A DNA stretch of 59,930 nt, from assembly GCA_051532055.1 (NCBI GenBank), contig JAOPTX010000053.1:1-59930 (forward strand), read 5' to 3'. The stretch is from Fibrobacterales bacterium (GTDB lineage Bacteria > Fibrobacterota > Fibrobacteria > Fibrobacterales > JAOPTW01). Shown here one piece after another: positions 59,748-59,930 of this stretch; within the stretch, counting starts at the first letter, position 1; each line of letters opens with the position of its first letter. The position numbers and the translations under genes are program-made. A model generated the notes under the pieces. It made no database searches and was not told where the DNA came from. It saw only the letters and a program-made list of their open reading frames with translations.

Positions 59748-59930
59748 AATTTTCCTTAATGCAAAGAGTACCTTTCAATCCGTATATCTCTCACTGACTG
59801 AAAACTCATATGCAGTAAACTGCTATTTTAAATTATTATATTATAAAATACTAAAGACAGAATTGAGAATGTGTGCCTTTCTCACTTGTGCCCTTCATGA
59901 GTCTGTAGTTTTAATATATGTTCAGATTCA

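Overview
AT-rich bacterial chromosomal window, most likely Fibrobacterota (inferred from FISUMP/Fib_succ_major lipoproteins, a fibro-slime protein and Ser-rich linkers with C-terminal sorting-like tails). Left to right: a strong stable-RNA-type promoter firing out of the left edge; miaA, a divergent polysaccharide deacetylase and pdxJ; a six-gene hydrogen locus (trimeric HydCBA [FeFe]-hydrogenase followed by an HfsA/HydS(PAS)/SpoIIE-phosphatase sensory module) divergent from rex; an IMPase/kinase pair, an M64 peptidase, an FKBP PPIase and an MGMT; a seven-gene signalling island (two hybrid kinases, REC-HDOD, degenerate REC-HD, REC-HD-GYP and two paralogous hemerythrins with an unrecognised shared C-terminal domain); then about 31 kb of secreted or surface proteins (modular GH5, fibro-slime, IgGFc-binding-like, CotH kinase, serine hydrolase, two FISUMP lipoproteins, a discoidin/GH9-like protein, GH3). 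Features not in the ORF track: a ~280-nt strand-specific structured RNA candidate with its own promoter (44794-45076), a Phd-ParE/RelE pair whose toxin has a nonsense codon and is followed by a truncated attC-like site, and three start-less or short gene relics. All calls come from motif recognition by eye; no searches were run.
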